Shown: positions 1 to 11,437 of the stretch, in pieces
Layout of the letters: each line of letters begins with the position of its first letter
Position numbering within the stretch: the stretch's first letter is position 1
NCBI GenBank assembly: GCA_018398765.1
Contig: JAHBMJ010000214.1
Span: 1-53,782 of the forward strand
Length of the DNA: 53,782 nucleotides
DNA from: Chromera velia
Taxonomy: Eukaryota
Direction of reading: 5' to 3'
Translations under genes and position numbers: made by a program
The notes under the pieces: model-generated
Told to the model about the DNA's origin: nothing
What the model saw: the letters and a program-made list of their open reading frames with translations, nothing else
Databases searched by the model: none

Positions 1-5
1 GAAAA

Positions 6-79
6 TGAGTTACCTGGGATTTGAACCCAGAACTAGTCGGTTAAAAGCCGAATACTCTACCAGATTGAGTTAGTAACTC
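6..79 (-). tRNA. trnK: tRNA-Lys(UUU), copy 1
   Basis: Reverse complement reads GAGTTAC...TTCGG CT TTT AA CCGAC...GGTTCAAATCC...GTAACTC-A, a cloverleaf. Identical to the copies at 52915 and 53426. Confidence 0.95.
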
Positions 80-172
80 GATTTAAGATTTTACTCACAG
101 ATTACGAAAGAAATAGGACGTTTTGAATTCTCTTAGAAAAGGCAGGTTTTATGTACTTAAAGATCCACGATT

Positions 173-1870
173 CTAGTTATTTTGCTTTTGGCTTTGCTTT
201 TCGAGAGCCTCTTCCTCCGCCCGTCTTTTCTGTGCCTCTTCTTCTAAAAAGGTCGCAATTTCTGGAAAGATTTCACCAATTAAAAGTTCCATTTGATTAG
301 AAGGTCCCACTTTGGCTTCCAAAAATTGAATTCCCAGTGCTTGGGCAAAACTTTTCAAATATGCTTTTTGATTTAACGACCCTATCATGAGTAATAACTT
401 CTTTTCCCTACCAACCGAACGACGCAAATTTCTCCTTAAACTGTTAAAATAAGATTCCATCTTAGTGTTTCCACTAGAGTCCACGATTCACTCACTCCAT
501 TGGGAATAAATAAATCACAAATATGTATAGACCACTAGATCAAGTATACGTAAAACAGCCGCAGGTTCGATATTGTTTAAAAATGAATTGACAGTTACGT
601 AGGTTCTAATAAAACTTTGTACTAAATGATAAGGACGCCCTTGTCTTTGAGTTAAAGCTATCTGTAACCTTTCGCCGTTCTGCAAAATCATGGCTGTAGC
701 ATCATCTAATTCAGTTGAGAATTGAGCAAATGATTTTAACTCAATAAATTGTGCCAATGTTATTTTCAAAGGGCCTACCAATTTTTTTATGGGTTTTGGT
801 TGTGCCGCCGAACCAACCCGTGAAACTGATAAACCGACATTTAGAGCTGGTCTTATCCCACTATTAAATAACTCTTGGGAGAGATAAATTTGGCCGTCAG
901 TAATGCTAATAACATTGGTTGGGATATAAGCGGAGACGTCGTTCCCTTGGGTTTCTATTACCGGTAGTGCAGTTAAGCTACCTCCTCCTAGAAAAGACGT
1001 CAACTTGGAAGCGCGCTCAAGTAGACGAGAATGAAGATAAAAAATATCGCCAGGATATGCTTCGCGACCTGGAGGACGACGTAAAATCAGTGATAGCTCC
1101 CTATAAGCTTGAGCGTGTTTTGAGAGGTCATCATAAATAATCAGACAATCATGCCCACTGTACAAAAAGTACTCAGCCTGGGTTGTTCCCACGAAGGGTG
1201 CAATATACTGTAAAGCGGCTCCGGCATCAGAAGCTGCATTAATTAAAACAGTATATTTTAAAGCGCCCCCTTCTTCCAAAACTTTACGAATTTCACCGAC
1301 CGTTACACTTCGTTGTCCGATATTTACATAAATACAATATTCAATGCCGTCAACGCAATTTTGATTAAGTATGGTGTCAATTGCAATTGAAGTTTTTCCC
1401 GTCTGGCGATCTCCTATAATTAATTCACGTTGACCTCGCCCAATAGGCACTAAATTATCGACAACTAAAATACCCGTTAATACAGGTGTGTCCACGGACT
1501 GACGCATAATTATGCCGGGGGAGGCGGTCTCGATTCGTCGATAAGGTAATTTTTTTTTTGATTTTTTGGTGTTAGCCGAAGGTAACTTTAATATAGTTCC
1601 CAAAGGATCTACGACACAACCTAATAATCTTTTACCCACTGGTACTTTTAATAAGTGTTCTGTAGGTCAGATAGAGGTCCCATTAGTCAGTGAAATTAAA
1701 GCTAAGGGTTTTCCGAGTAACAAGATGCAGGTTTCTTTCTGACTTAGGGTAAGGGCGATTCCTTTGTACCCCGTATCAAAAAGAACAAGCTCGCCTAATT
1801 GTAGCTCTGGTAATGTTTTGCTTAGTATGACGCCATCTGACGCTTTACAAAGAGAGGTATTGCTTGAAAT
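173..1870 (-). CDS. atpA: ATP synthase CF1 alpha subunit, about 565 aa with UGA=Trp; probable ATT start; divergent extended C-terminus
   Basis: Motifs [29 protein letters not shown] and [10 protein letters not shown]. ORFs 515-1639 and 173-484 join in frame through TGA. The frame is open upstream through [23 protein letters not shown] to a TAA at 1871-1873 with no ATG. TAG stop at 173. Confidence 0.93.
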
Positions 1871-1935
1871 TTACTAATTTTGCAAATAATGATTTCTCTC
1901 AAACGCCTAGACCATGTGCCTCTTTAGGAGCAAGG

Positions 1936-2190
1936 TTAGGCTCAGTCGACAGTGATAAAGTCCACTTGTACCGTTTGATTGCAAATTAATAATAATGTTC
2001 ACAAAAAAAGAAAGAGTAAACTAATTAGTGCAACCATTAAAACCGAAGTCCCTCACGGAGCAGCATCGTTGGTACTCCCTAAGCCAGAATAAAGATCCAA
2101 GGATTTCAAAAAAGTTCCTATTCGAGTTGTTTTTTTTAAAGTTACAGGTGTAGGGTCCCCTTGAAAAAAATCACTAAACGTTTTAATCAT
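1936..2190 (-). CDS. psbH: Photosystem II protein H (84 aa)
   Basis: MIKTF...TRIGTFLKSL...APWGTSVLM...ICNQTVQVDFITVDWA matches the PsbH pattern (T.LG..LKPL, PGWGTTPLM, YNSSV..D...W). Trp codons are TGA. Confidence 0.88.
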
Positions 2191-2360
2191 CTTAAAGTGA
2201 TTTAAGCGCGAAGAAACTTCTTACTAAAAGATAAAACGTTAGGCGCACTCTGTACAAGCCGCCATTACTCCAAAGTGTGAGAATGGAGAGCCTTCTGTAT
2301 CAATAAGATTACTACGCCCGAACCAACGCCGGCCGCTTATAGGATCTTGGAGAAATGTTT

Positions 2361-2999
2361 TTAAGAAGGGCCAGAAATTCCTTGATTGCGAATCATTAAA
2401 AAATGTGCTAACAGGGCAATGACAACAATAAAAGGTAAAAAAAATGTATGTAAGCTATAAAAGCGGGTTAACGTATACTGGCCAATATTTACATCCCCGC
2501 GTAAAAAAAGGACTAAAACTGGGCCGATGAAGGGAATAACTTCGGGCACACCCGTTACAATTTTACATGCTCAATAACCGACTTGATCTCATGGTAACGA
2601 ATAACCAGTCACTCCAAACGAAACCGTTAAAATAGCCAGTAATACTCCCGTTACTCATGTTAACTCTCGTGGTGCTTTAAACCCGCCCGTAATAAAGACT
2701 CGAAAAATATGTAAGATCATAGATAATACCATCATACTTGCGCTTCACTTATGTAAAGACCGAACAAGTCACCCGAAGTTAATAGAATTCATGATAGCAT
2801 CGACCGAGGATAATGCATCTACAACACTTGGTTTATAATAAAAGGTCATTGCTGCTCCTGTCGCGATCTGGATTAATAACGAAATAAAAGTTATTCCTCC
2901 TAAGCAATAAAAAATATTCACATGAGGGGGTACAAATTTTGTAGAAAAATCTTCTGCTAATTTATTTAAGCCTATTCTTTTGTTTAACCAATTAAACAT
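2361..2999 (-). CDS. petB: Cytochrome b6 (212 aa)
   Basis: [66 protein letters not shown]. Five conserved Trp are TGA. Confidence 0.98.
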
Positions 3000-3596
3000 T
3001 TACAGACTTCAAAGATTTTTGTACATTTTTTAAAAACTCGCAACCAACAGAGATTTGAGCTTTATGGCTCAAACCTTTTCCTACAACTAGTAGGCTAGCG
3101 AGGATCCTTGCTATGTGAAAATTAGGACCCGCGGCAGAAATGATATCTCTAAATCTTGTCTCCACTCAGAAAGCGCGTCTTCTAAGGGAACGAGTTGAAA
3201 TACCATAGGTATGAAATGACGAACAAGTTTCAAAGCTTATGTTTATTTAGGGATTCGTTCATTCTGAACTAAATCAGGAACTGTCCTTGGTAGTGTACCC
3301 TCCGCGTACTAAAAGATCCTTGTGTGAGATTATGAGGCGGGTTAAGACTTTCATCCAATAATGTATATCGCTAGAAACCAACCTGCGAAGATGGATTATG
3401 TGTAACCTCCAACCCCTCATGTTTCTCTTAACCGACCTTAATCAACTCCTTTTCGTGTAAAAAGACATTCTGTCTATTCAAGTATTCGGGAACAGATTAT
3501 TTCTATACACTTCCAAAACCAAGGCTATCATAAGCTTCGAAGCTTATTGTGTAAAAACAATAATTAACAACACACCGAACCTATAAACTCCTTAGT

Positions 3597-3707
3597 TTAC
3601 CGCAATTTCTTTCCTCGAAAAAGTTGGCCATAAGATAAAATATTTAAGCCCACAAACACTACAGTCAAACACCCTATTATAATGCCAAACAAAAGAGGTT
3701 CGTTCAT
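3597..3707 (-). CDS. petG: Cytochrome b6f subunit V (36 aa)
   Basis: MNEPLLFGIIIGCLTVVFVGLNILSYGQLFRGKKLR matches PetG (MVEPLLSGIVLG..GL....Y.Q..RG). Confidence 0.88.
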   Translation of the reverse strand: MNEPLLFGIIIGCLTVVFVGLNILSYGQLFRGKKLR

Positions 3708-4108
3708 CTTTTAGTAATGCTTTCGGACGTTCACCCGCACCCGAATAAGCAAAAGTGAGCGTTTAAGGACTCTAGCAGCAAGCTAAAAATTCTTTGATTT
3801 TATCTGACTATGATTTCGCAAAGTTGATGTTTTGTTATCGGCAGAAACAATTAACACCCCTTAAAAACCCTTTTCCTAGATAATTACTTTAAGGACCTCA
3901 GCTATTTACCCCACCCCTCTGAAGGGGTTGTCATGATATAAATCAGAAAAAAAGGTGACCCTAAGGAACCGGACTGATATTTAATTTCCAAATCCTTCAA
4001 GATTATACACAATAGTTATGCTGCGGATCTGTCAGATGAAGCTTAGTTGGTCCCCCATGCGTTATTTTAACATTAACCAATCAACGTGTCAATATTCCCT
4101 TTGGATAT

Positions 4109-5278
4109 TTAGGCCGGAAATATAGATAGTAATCATAGCCATCAAGGTATAGGTGTGCGTTTTTTAACGGGGCCTAGAGACGTAGGCTTTAAAAAAGCTT
4201 TGGTTGAAATTTCAAGATCCCAACCTTTGGTTAAAAAAGGAATCTCGTTGGCATAAAGTAGACGAAGATCTTTTACATTGTTTAATCATGATTTGGGAAC
4301 TTGTGCCAAATGTAAAAATGGGATATGATCCACCATTCAAAATCACGGGGTGGGTAGTTTAAATTCTAGAAATTTATCTACTGTAGTCAATGGTATATGC
4401 GCCTGCTTAAACAGATCGTCAGATGGAGAATCAAGCTCCAGATAAAATCCAGGTTTATGAAAGATTCGAAGTTTTTTAATATTTTGGTGTCAAAAAGATT
4501 CGTTTCATGTTAGTTGGCAGTCTTCCGGTTGGTTTTGTATTCCTTTTCTTCACCAGGTTGGCGGGGTGCATTTAAACTGCGTGAAAAAGTTAACTCAGCG
4601 GTCACGCGTTCTAAATATCGCGCGTTCACTATCACATTGATATCATTCGTTATTGAAGTTTAATCAATAATTCGGATAATAAATATCAAAGGTATTTTTT
4701 TTATGGTAAAAAAGCCTTAATTCACTTCTGACTAATGGCGGAAGAAATGCCTTGCGTAGCACCAGTCTAGCAGGGCGTAGTTCATTACTTTGCGTCCGAA
4801 TAACATCTTCCCGTATACGAACGGGCCCCAAAATTCGATAAGACCGGTTTCAAAGTTTCTGCGTAGAAAATCATGCAGCTTCTTCTGCATTTAATTTTTC
4901 TCGATATCCAGTAAGAAGTAAAATTCAATGCTTTTGTTCTGTAGTCACCAGTTCTATTAAAAATCGTGAATCCGGTAAGTTAGCACAATCTCAATCCATA
5001 CCAAGGCCGTAAGTCTGCGGAACGCTCGCCTTATCGCGTGGCAACCCTCAGTCGTCCTTTAGCTTAAAGAGTAAACGATAAGTGCAGTAGGAAAAAAACG
5101 ACCATAAATATTCTGCCTGACACTTACTTCGAACGTTTAAATTAAATATTTGATGATCCATAAGCTTACATTTAACAACCCTCCTCTGAAGCTCGACATA
5201 AAAAGGGAATTTATTGAAGGCCGATTGCTTATACGAATTAAACGCATATGTTGCAGCCAACTTAAGACGAGTTAACAT
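4109..5278 (-). CDS. Hypothetical protein, 389 aa, Trp/Phe/Arg-rich orphan ORF
   Basis: ATG at 5278, read codon by codon with TGA=Trp, stays open to TAA at 4109-4111. Same strand as its neighbours. No family recognised. Confidence 0.75.
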
Positions 5279-5432
5279 TATCTCTAAAAAAATTGTTTGT
5301 TTTAAACAAACTTACAAAAGGTTAATTGAGACCCCTAACTTAAAGCACTTTACGGGGCTTAAATCGTTACAAATCATTTATCCTTACCCACTTATTGGTA
5401 GGTCAATTAACATGCCTCCAATTAAATGGAAA

Positions 5433-5678
<246 letters not shown>

Positions 5679-5757
5679 TTAAAAAATAACTTTTTAGTGA
5701 CTATGCACACAAATAATCTTAATTAATCCAATAGCCTCTCTTAAAAATTAAAATAAA

Positions 5758-5877
5758 TTAGAGCTCTTCATCTTCATACTCAATTTGAGGAATTACTGGC
5801 GTTTCTCTAAAGAGTACAGCAGAAATCAATACAATTAATGTCCCGAAAAGTAACGTACAATAAACAATAGTTTCCAC
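5758..5877 (-). CDS. psbT: Photosystem II protein T (39 aa, GTG start, acidic tail)
   Basis: METIVYCTLLFGTLIVLISAVLFRETP matches PsbT (MEALVY..LL.GTL....AI.FREPP). Confidence 0.88.
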   Translation of the reverse strand: METIVYCTLLFGTLIVLISAVLFRETPVIPQIEYEDEEL

Positions 5878-5982
5878 AAGTTTAATTTTAAAATTTTAGG
5901 TATAATCGTTAGTAACGGGTATAAAAACGTTCTAATATTTTTTTATTATTCTGTTAAACAGTAAAAAATGTTCTAGGACCAA

Positions 5983-6056
5983 GAGCTTGTAGCTCAATGG
6001 ATTAGAGCGTATGGCTACGAACTATAAGGATGGGGGTTCGATTCCCTCCAAGCTCA
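5983..6056 (+). tRNA. trnR: tRNA-Arg(ACG)
   Basis: GAGCTTG/CAAGCTC acceptor, anticodon arm TATGG-CT ACG AA-CTATA, GGTTCGATTCC T-loop. Confidence 0.93.
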
Positions 6057-6980
6057 GAACATTCAAATATAGCTTACCTTAGTTTTCACTAAACATTTCA
6101 AATTCGACTTTTTCTAGTCTATCGTGTGTTTTTAACTTACGCTTTGAATCTTCTGAATTCTTGCTATACTTTTAAAGAACCACCCCTAATGCCTCGAATT
6201 AACAAAGCCAGAAAAATTAAATCCTAGACCTTGCCGGACATGAAAATTTTATTGAGTTTTAATCAGAAACCCAAAAAAACGAACACTAGAGTTTATGCAT
6301 TTCAGAAAACTAGGGTTTGTAATCGTTAACAGCAATAGAAAGTTTGTAACCTTTTAACGATGACTTTTATTCTCCCTAAATTTTAAGGAGCAAATGCAAT
6401 CGCAATAAAGATCGGAACTTATATACTTTCTTTACTTTTTTTGCCTGTTCTAGTTCGAGCCCAGTTGGATGAAATAATCTACTTTTATTTAAATGGGCTT
6501 CTGCTGGATGGAGAGATGTTTCTGAACCCCAACTTCACCACCTTCAAACTCTTAAATCTCTCTGCAACACGCTTAATTTGCATAAAATTTCTGTGAATTG
6601 TAAAAACGGTCTCAAAGTCAAATGAAATAATAGAATAAGTATCGAGATACAGAACAAACATTGATTTAGGTTTTTAATTAAGTTGTTCGAAAACCAAGCT
6701 CATGAATGTCCTGCGGGCAGTTGCGTTCAACTAATTGCCTGTCTTTCCAAAATTCTTTCAGGGCTTGACTTGGTTGGCGGCGGGTAGCTCTGGCGTGAAT
6801 TTCCCGTTTTGAAACGCAGCCAGACTCAAAGCTGTACGACCTAACCAAAGTTTAGTAACAGTGTACATCTTATCTTAAATTTTAAATCTTCTTTTTAGTT
6901 TCTAAGTAAATTCGAAAAATGGTTTAAGGGGCCTATTCTCCGAGGCAAAAGACCCCCCAGAACTAACTCCTAAAAACTGA

Positions 6981-7943
6981 CTAAAATCTTCTTCGATAGA
7001 CTTGGCTGATTCGATATTTGAGGCCTAACATCAAACTTATGGTGAATAAGCTAAGAAATAGTTGTACCTTAAGCGCAGGATTGTAAACCAAACGACTACA
7101 AAACAAGCCTCTACTGATTCGAAACCAATCCCACGATTTGCTATAAGAAATAAACCAACTAACCCCATATCCCAGGCAGAGATCATGACGATATAATGCA
7201 CTTTGATCTAAATTACAGTTTATAAAATGTATTCACAATGGAATATAACAAAGTGTCTGGGATAATCAGTTGAAGAGTGCTTCGACATTGGACGCTCGTG
7301 CAATATTTCAGCTAAACCCCCACGGATCAGTATTTCCAGAACTGTCCATTACCAAAATTTTGTGAAAAAATTCGACATTTACGACCGATGAAAAAGTTAC
7401 TGTAAAGGCAAAATTAACCGTAAAAGCGTTCTCTAAACCATAATTCTGAAAAAAACTTGTATATATGAGCGTCTGGTATAAGTAACCTTTTGTTATTTGA
7501 TTAATAAAACTACAAATATGATCGGTATACATGTCCTCGCTTTTTGACCCATAGTCTAAAAATGTTAAGAGGCCTAAGTGAACTAAACTTATATGTACAA
7601 TGCCTGCAAATATTCCGGATAATTGTTCTGACGTTTTGTACATATAATGTTCTTGCAAATTGGTTCGTAGAACGCTTAGAGGCCCCCCTCATTTTTGGCC
7701 CAATAGTTTGATGTAAAAGAATTGATCTAAGAATGTACACGTTACAAAAGCTAAGCACCATAACAATAAAGTTGCATCCGCAGGTCAGGTATAAGGAAAA
7801 AACAGACTTTCCACTAGAACGTGAGTTAAAATAGGCGCTCCGCTGGCCGTAATAATCTTTGGGAAAAACAGTATAAAAAAAGCCGTGCCTATTAATACTG
7901 CAAAAAATTTTATTTGGCTGAGTTTTAACATACTTCGATACAT
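6981..7943 (-). CDS. ccs1: Probable highly divergent cytochrome c biogenesis protein Ccs1/CcsB (320 aa from ATG 7943; 325 aa from TTG 7958)
   Basis: Frame open from 8042 to TAG at 6981 with UGA=Trp. Ordered Ccs1-like motifs: LKLSQIKFFAVLI, YTW..LLLWCLAFVTCTFLDQ (cf. SLISCTFLQQ), GIFAGIVHISLV (cf. GRIAPIIVHFSMI), C-terminal YNP followed by a hydrophobic helix (cf. DPG). Confidence 0.6.
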
Positions 7944-8610
7944 TAGATTCAAAACCAATCAGTTGTCGCGGAGATTTCTTGTAAGGATTCCACGAAGGCC
8001 TGCGTTGCAAAATATTCGCGAAATATCTAACCCATGCCACTCCTAAATCTCATCATAGTGTTAAATTTTTCTGGTTTAACTTATTCGGAAAAAGCTTTAA
8101 TTCTCTTGTCGTTCAAAGGCTTAATGACTTGCTGCACCTCCAACGATGTTTTAAATTTCTAAGACACATCTAAATTATAAAATAAAATTTTTAGTCTGCT
8201 TATGATTAAATCCCCAAAAATGGCCCCGCAACTCTTTCTCAGCATTTGAAAGTAAAGTACTTACCTCTACCCCTCCTTTGGTTTTATCCAAATACGGATT
8301 TTGCTATGACATGCTCTTGCTTTTGACAAGTTTAATGTTTGTAAACCTGTGAATCAGGTTAATCTTTTACTATATTTAACTATCTCCTGACAAATTCGGT
8401 AGGTTTTTAAGGTCCGAGTATTTATCGGTACAAATGTTGCGACTGGTTAGACTTCCCAAATACAGTAAAAATTCTACCTTTTATGTAATAAACACCTATT
8501 TTGAGTGAGCTATAAGTACTGGATTGCAATGATTTCTAAGAGAATTTATTTTGTTGTGCTGTGTAAGATTACGAAGGGCGTTAATTTTCGTTCTTCCTCA
8601 TATTTAATTT

Positions 8611-8693
8611 TATACCTAGATGGATTTGAACCATCGATTCCATTTGGAGCTAGATTATGAGTCTAGTGCTTTCGACCTCTCAGCCATAGGTAT
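8611..8693 (-). tRNA. tRNA with CAU anticodon and long variable arm (likely trnI-CAU lineage, often annotated trnM)
   Basis: ATACCTA/TAGGTAT acceptor, CTAGA-CT CAT AA-TCTAG anticodon arm, long extra arm, GGTTCAAATCC. Confidence 0.85.
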
Positions 8694-8721
8694 CCTATCT
8701 TTGGTTTAATACATGCAAAGC

Positions 8722-8804
8722 TGAGTAGAGAAGGAGTCGAACCCACAAGAATTAAACTTCGTTATATTTTGAATATAATGCGTTTACCATTTCGCCATCT
8801 ACTC
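8722..8804 (-). tRNA. trnL: tRNA-Leu(CAA)
   Basis: GAGTAGA/TCTACTC acceptor, TTATA-TT CAA AA-TATAA, long variable arm. Confidence 0.92.
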
Positions 8805-8805
8805 G

Positions 8806-8878
8806 CGAGACTGGCGGGACTTGAACCCGTAACCCCTACCTTGACAGGGTAGTATTCTAACCATTGAACTACAGCCTC
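8806..8878 (-). tRNA. trnD: tRNA-Asp(GUC)
   Basis: GAGGCTG/CAGTCTC acceptor, CTACC-CT GTC AA-GGTAG. Confidence 0.93.
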
Positions 8879-8893
8879 CTTATTCATAACCCT

Positions 8894-8978
8894 AAGAGAG
8901 AAAGGGGTTTGAACCCTTGACATTGAACTATGTAACAGATTAGCAATCTGCCGCTTTCGACCACTCAGCCACCTCTCC
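8894..8978 (-). tRNA. trnS: tRNA-Ser(GCU)
   Basis: GGAGAGGTGGCTGAGTGG 5' end, GCAGA-TT GCT AA-TCTGT, long variable arm. Confidence 0.93.
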
Positions 8979-9052
8979 TGACTCTGGTTGGATTTGAACC
9001 TACGACCTTGGGCTTATGAATCCCATGCTCTAACCAACTAAGCTACAGAGTC
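8979..9052 (-). tRNA. trnM: tRNA-Met(CAU), probably elongator
   Basis: GACTCTG/CAGAGTC acceptor with a paired 1:72 (so not fMet-type), TGGGA-TT CAT AA-GCCCA. Confidence 0.85.
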
Positions 9053-9082
9053 TTCGTGAAAACTTGTTAACTAATGTCTCTG

Positions 9083-9156
9083 GGCGAATAACGAGACTTG
9101 AACTCGTGAATCATGGTATCACAAACCATTGCCTTTACCACTTGGCTATACCCGCC
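9083..9156 (-). tRNA. trnH: tRNA-His(GUG)
   Basis: G(-1)GCGGGTA...ATGGT-TT GTG AT-ACCAT...TATTCGC-C. Confidence 0.93.
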
Positions 9157-9187
9157 TTGATAGATAAAAAATTTCCACTGAAAATTT

Positions 9188-9258
9188 AGACGATACTCAG
9201 ATTTGAACTGAGGATAGAGGATTTGCAATCCCCTGCCTTACCACTTGGCTATATCGTC
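9188..9258 (-). tRNA. trnC: tRNA-Cys(GCA)
   Basis: GACGATA/TATCGTC acceptor, GGGGA-TT GCA AA-TCCTC, U discriminator. Confidence 0.94.
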
Positions 9259-9265
9259 TCTGATA

Positions 9266-9338
9266 CTGGGATGGTAGGAATTGAACCTTACGAATGATGG
9301 AGTCAAAGTCCATAGCCTTACCACTTGGCTACATCCCA
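9266..9338 (-). tRNA. trnQ: tRNA-Gln(UUG)
   Basis: TGGGATG/CATCCCA acceptor, ATGGA-CT TTG AC-TCCAT. Confidence 0.94.
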
Positions 9339-9370
9339 AATTTAAAACTTTTAGTATATGCAGATGACCC

Positions 9371-9443
9371 TACCAAAAACCAGAATTGAACTGGTGACAC
9401 GAGGATCTTCAGTCCACTGCTCTACCAACTGAGCTATTTCGGC
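9371..9443 (-). tRNA. trnF: tRNA-Phe(GAA)
   Basis: GCCGAAATAGCTCAGTTGGTAGAGCA 5' end, GTGGA-CT GAA GA-TCCTC. Confidence 0.94.
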
Positions 9444-9503
9444 CAAAAGAACAGAGAGTTCAGCAACTTCCGGTTGGGTACACCACCTAGGGTTGTGCTA
9501 ATA

Positions 9504-10655
9504 TTACACTAACAAATATAGTTTTTTGATTGTAAGTAACGTGTCCATAAGGCTGGTGTAAAATAATAAGAGAGAACCAATTATCTGCAGATACAAAGGC
9601 CATAATGGAGCAAAGAAGATGGGTCCGGCATAAAGCAAGGGAATTAAATATATTTGTGACAAAGCATACAAGTTCGTCAGAATTGAATCCAAATAATTGC
9701 GGGTCGGTTTACCTAATTTGGTGCCAGGAATAAATAGCATATTTTTTTGTAAGGTTAAACTGGTTTTAAAAGTGTTAAATGTTCGTTTTTGGGTGAAAGG
9801 TTTATTAATAAATGAGAAACCGATATATAGAAAAAAAAAACTTTCGAGATATAACGACACATTTAACCCCTGGGTTAACAGGTTTAAGATAAAAAAGAAA
9901 ATAAAAATATCTGCAGACAAATTGTTAACCACCGAAATTTTTAAACATTCAAGTTCAGTATTTTTATTAATTAAAGGTATGTATAAAAAAAACAACCTGA
10001 ATTGGTTATTATTTTTATTCGGATTTCATAGTGGAATACGACGATATACCGAGATAAGAAGTAGAGTTATTAACAATAATACAATAAGAAAAAGATACGT
10101 GTTTTGAATCCATATGTATTTCCGCAAATGAAGCAAAAATTCAACACTGAATAACGTTAAAAGGATTTGAGACCCTTTCAACAAACACATTTGATCGATT
10201 TGTTGTACTACTCAATAAAGAATGTATTGGTAGAGAACTAATTGCTCCAACACTAGACTAGCTTCATAAAAACTCAATCCTTGAACAAACTCTTGAGCTT
10301 GTAAAATAAAGCTAATCGCGTAAATGAACACAGCACCTAGTCAAAAACCACGTTTCAAAAAAGCTAAAAAAAGACGTCCTTGAGGCCCATAATAAATATA
10401 ATTTTTTAAACTTGGGCTAACACCCACTACAACCTGTCACAAATTCGTAATATATAATGTTGGTGCAAGTCCTAACTCTAAAACTGAAAAGGTCAGGTAA
10501 GGGGCTTTAATTGGTGCTAAATCAAAGATAAATAAATAATACCCAAACGTTTGATTTATTAAAATAGTAGGGAGTAAATTTAGATATTTTAATACGAACA
10601 AAAGTCCGGTTAAATAACATAGGCGTTGTGTAAAGTTATTGACTTTTCATTTCAT
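9504..10655 (-). CDS. secY: Preprotein translocase subunit SecY (about 383 aa, divergent)
   Basis: Polytopic frame with FSVLELGLAP, GPQGR, RRIPL, FIPGTKLGKPTRNYL and GSLLL. Follows rpl6 as in the spc operon. Confidence 0.85.
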
Positions 10656-10708
10656 ATAGCTATTAGGAGTTATCATTTTGCCATTCAAGTCTCTTGAAGT
10701 TAGGAACG

Positions 10709-11362
10709 TTATCTCTTCTTACCTATTTTTAACATAACAACTTCATTGCTATATTTTATCCCTTTACCTTTATAAGGCTCTGGTTTACGCAATTGTCGTA
10801 TTGCCGAACTTAATAGCCCCACTAGCACTTTATCAGCACTACTCAACCCAATATTATTATCCCTAAGTTGTAAGTTTAGCGTTTTAGGCAAAATCAAATT
10901 TAAACGATGACTATAACCTAGTTCTAATTGTAAAATTAGAGGTGCGAGATCAGGCGTGAAAACGGATGAATGTAGATAACTAAAATCAAACCATAAACGC
11001 TTTGCTATGGTCTTGCGCTCAGTCGGTAAGCCCGAAACCAGTTTTGCGTTATACCCAATACCATTTAAAATAAGTGTTTCGTTATATGGATTCATACTAG
11101 CTTTAATTCAACTTTTTAATAATTGTTTATATAAAGTTTGATATTGCCCCGAAAAGTCGGCTCACTCAAGCTGAAGAAATCCTTGACGAAAAGGACATCA
11201 AATCGTTGTATGATTGAAATATGTACATGATAAAATTTTATCATATGAAAACACCAGCGAGATATGATTAGTGTGGTAGTCCCAGACCCAATATATTTCA
11301 GTTTTTTTAGGAATCAAATGTTTTAAGAGAGTATGTTTTTTGAGCGTAAATATACGAAACAC
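10709..11362 (-). CDS. rpl6: Ribosomal protein L6 (GTG start, approximate)
   Basis: LNGIGYNA, LGYSH, IRQLRKPEPYKGKGIKY. Frame extended upstream through TGA to a TAG at 11381. Confidence 0.93.
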
Positions 11363-11437
11363 TATAAAGGTGTAATTTAACTAAAAAAATGTACCTATTC
11401 TGAACGAGAATTATGAAGACCTTCATACAAGTTTAAG

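Noticed and set aside
173..484. Separate 103-aa gene after atpA
   Set aside because: In frame with atpA across two TGA codons. It is the AtpA C-terminus.
3248..3468. 73-aa minus ORF between petG and petB
   Set aside because: Short, no motifs, and within chance expectation when only two stop codons exist.
3530..3547. Perfect 18-bp palindrome ATAAGCTTCGAAGCTTAT downstream of petG
   Set aside because: Single short AT-rich hairpin without a U-tract or repeats elsewhere that I could see. Not enough to call a terminator.
7510..8169. 219-codon minus-strand ORF (track 7510-8040)
   Set aside because: Overlaps the ccs1-like frame, which carries the recognisable motifs. Treated as an alternative-frame shadow.
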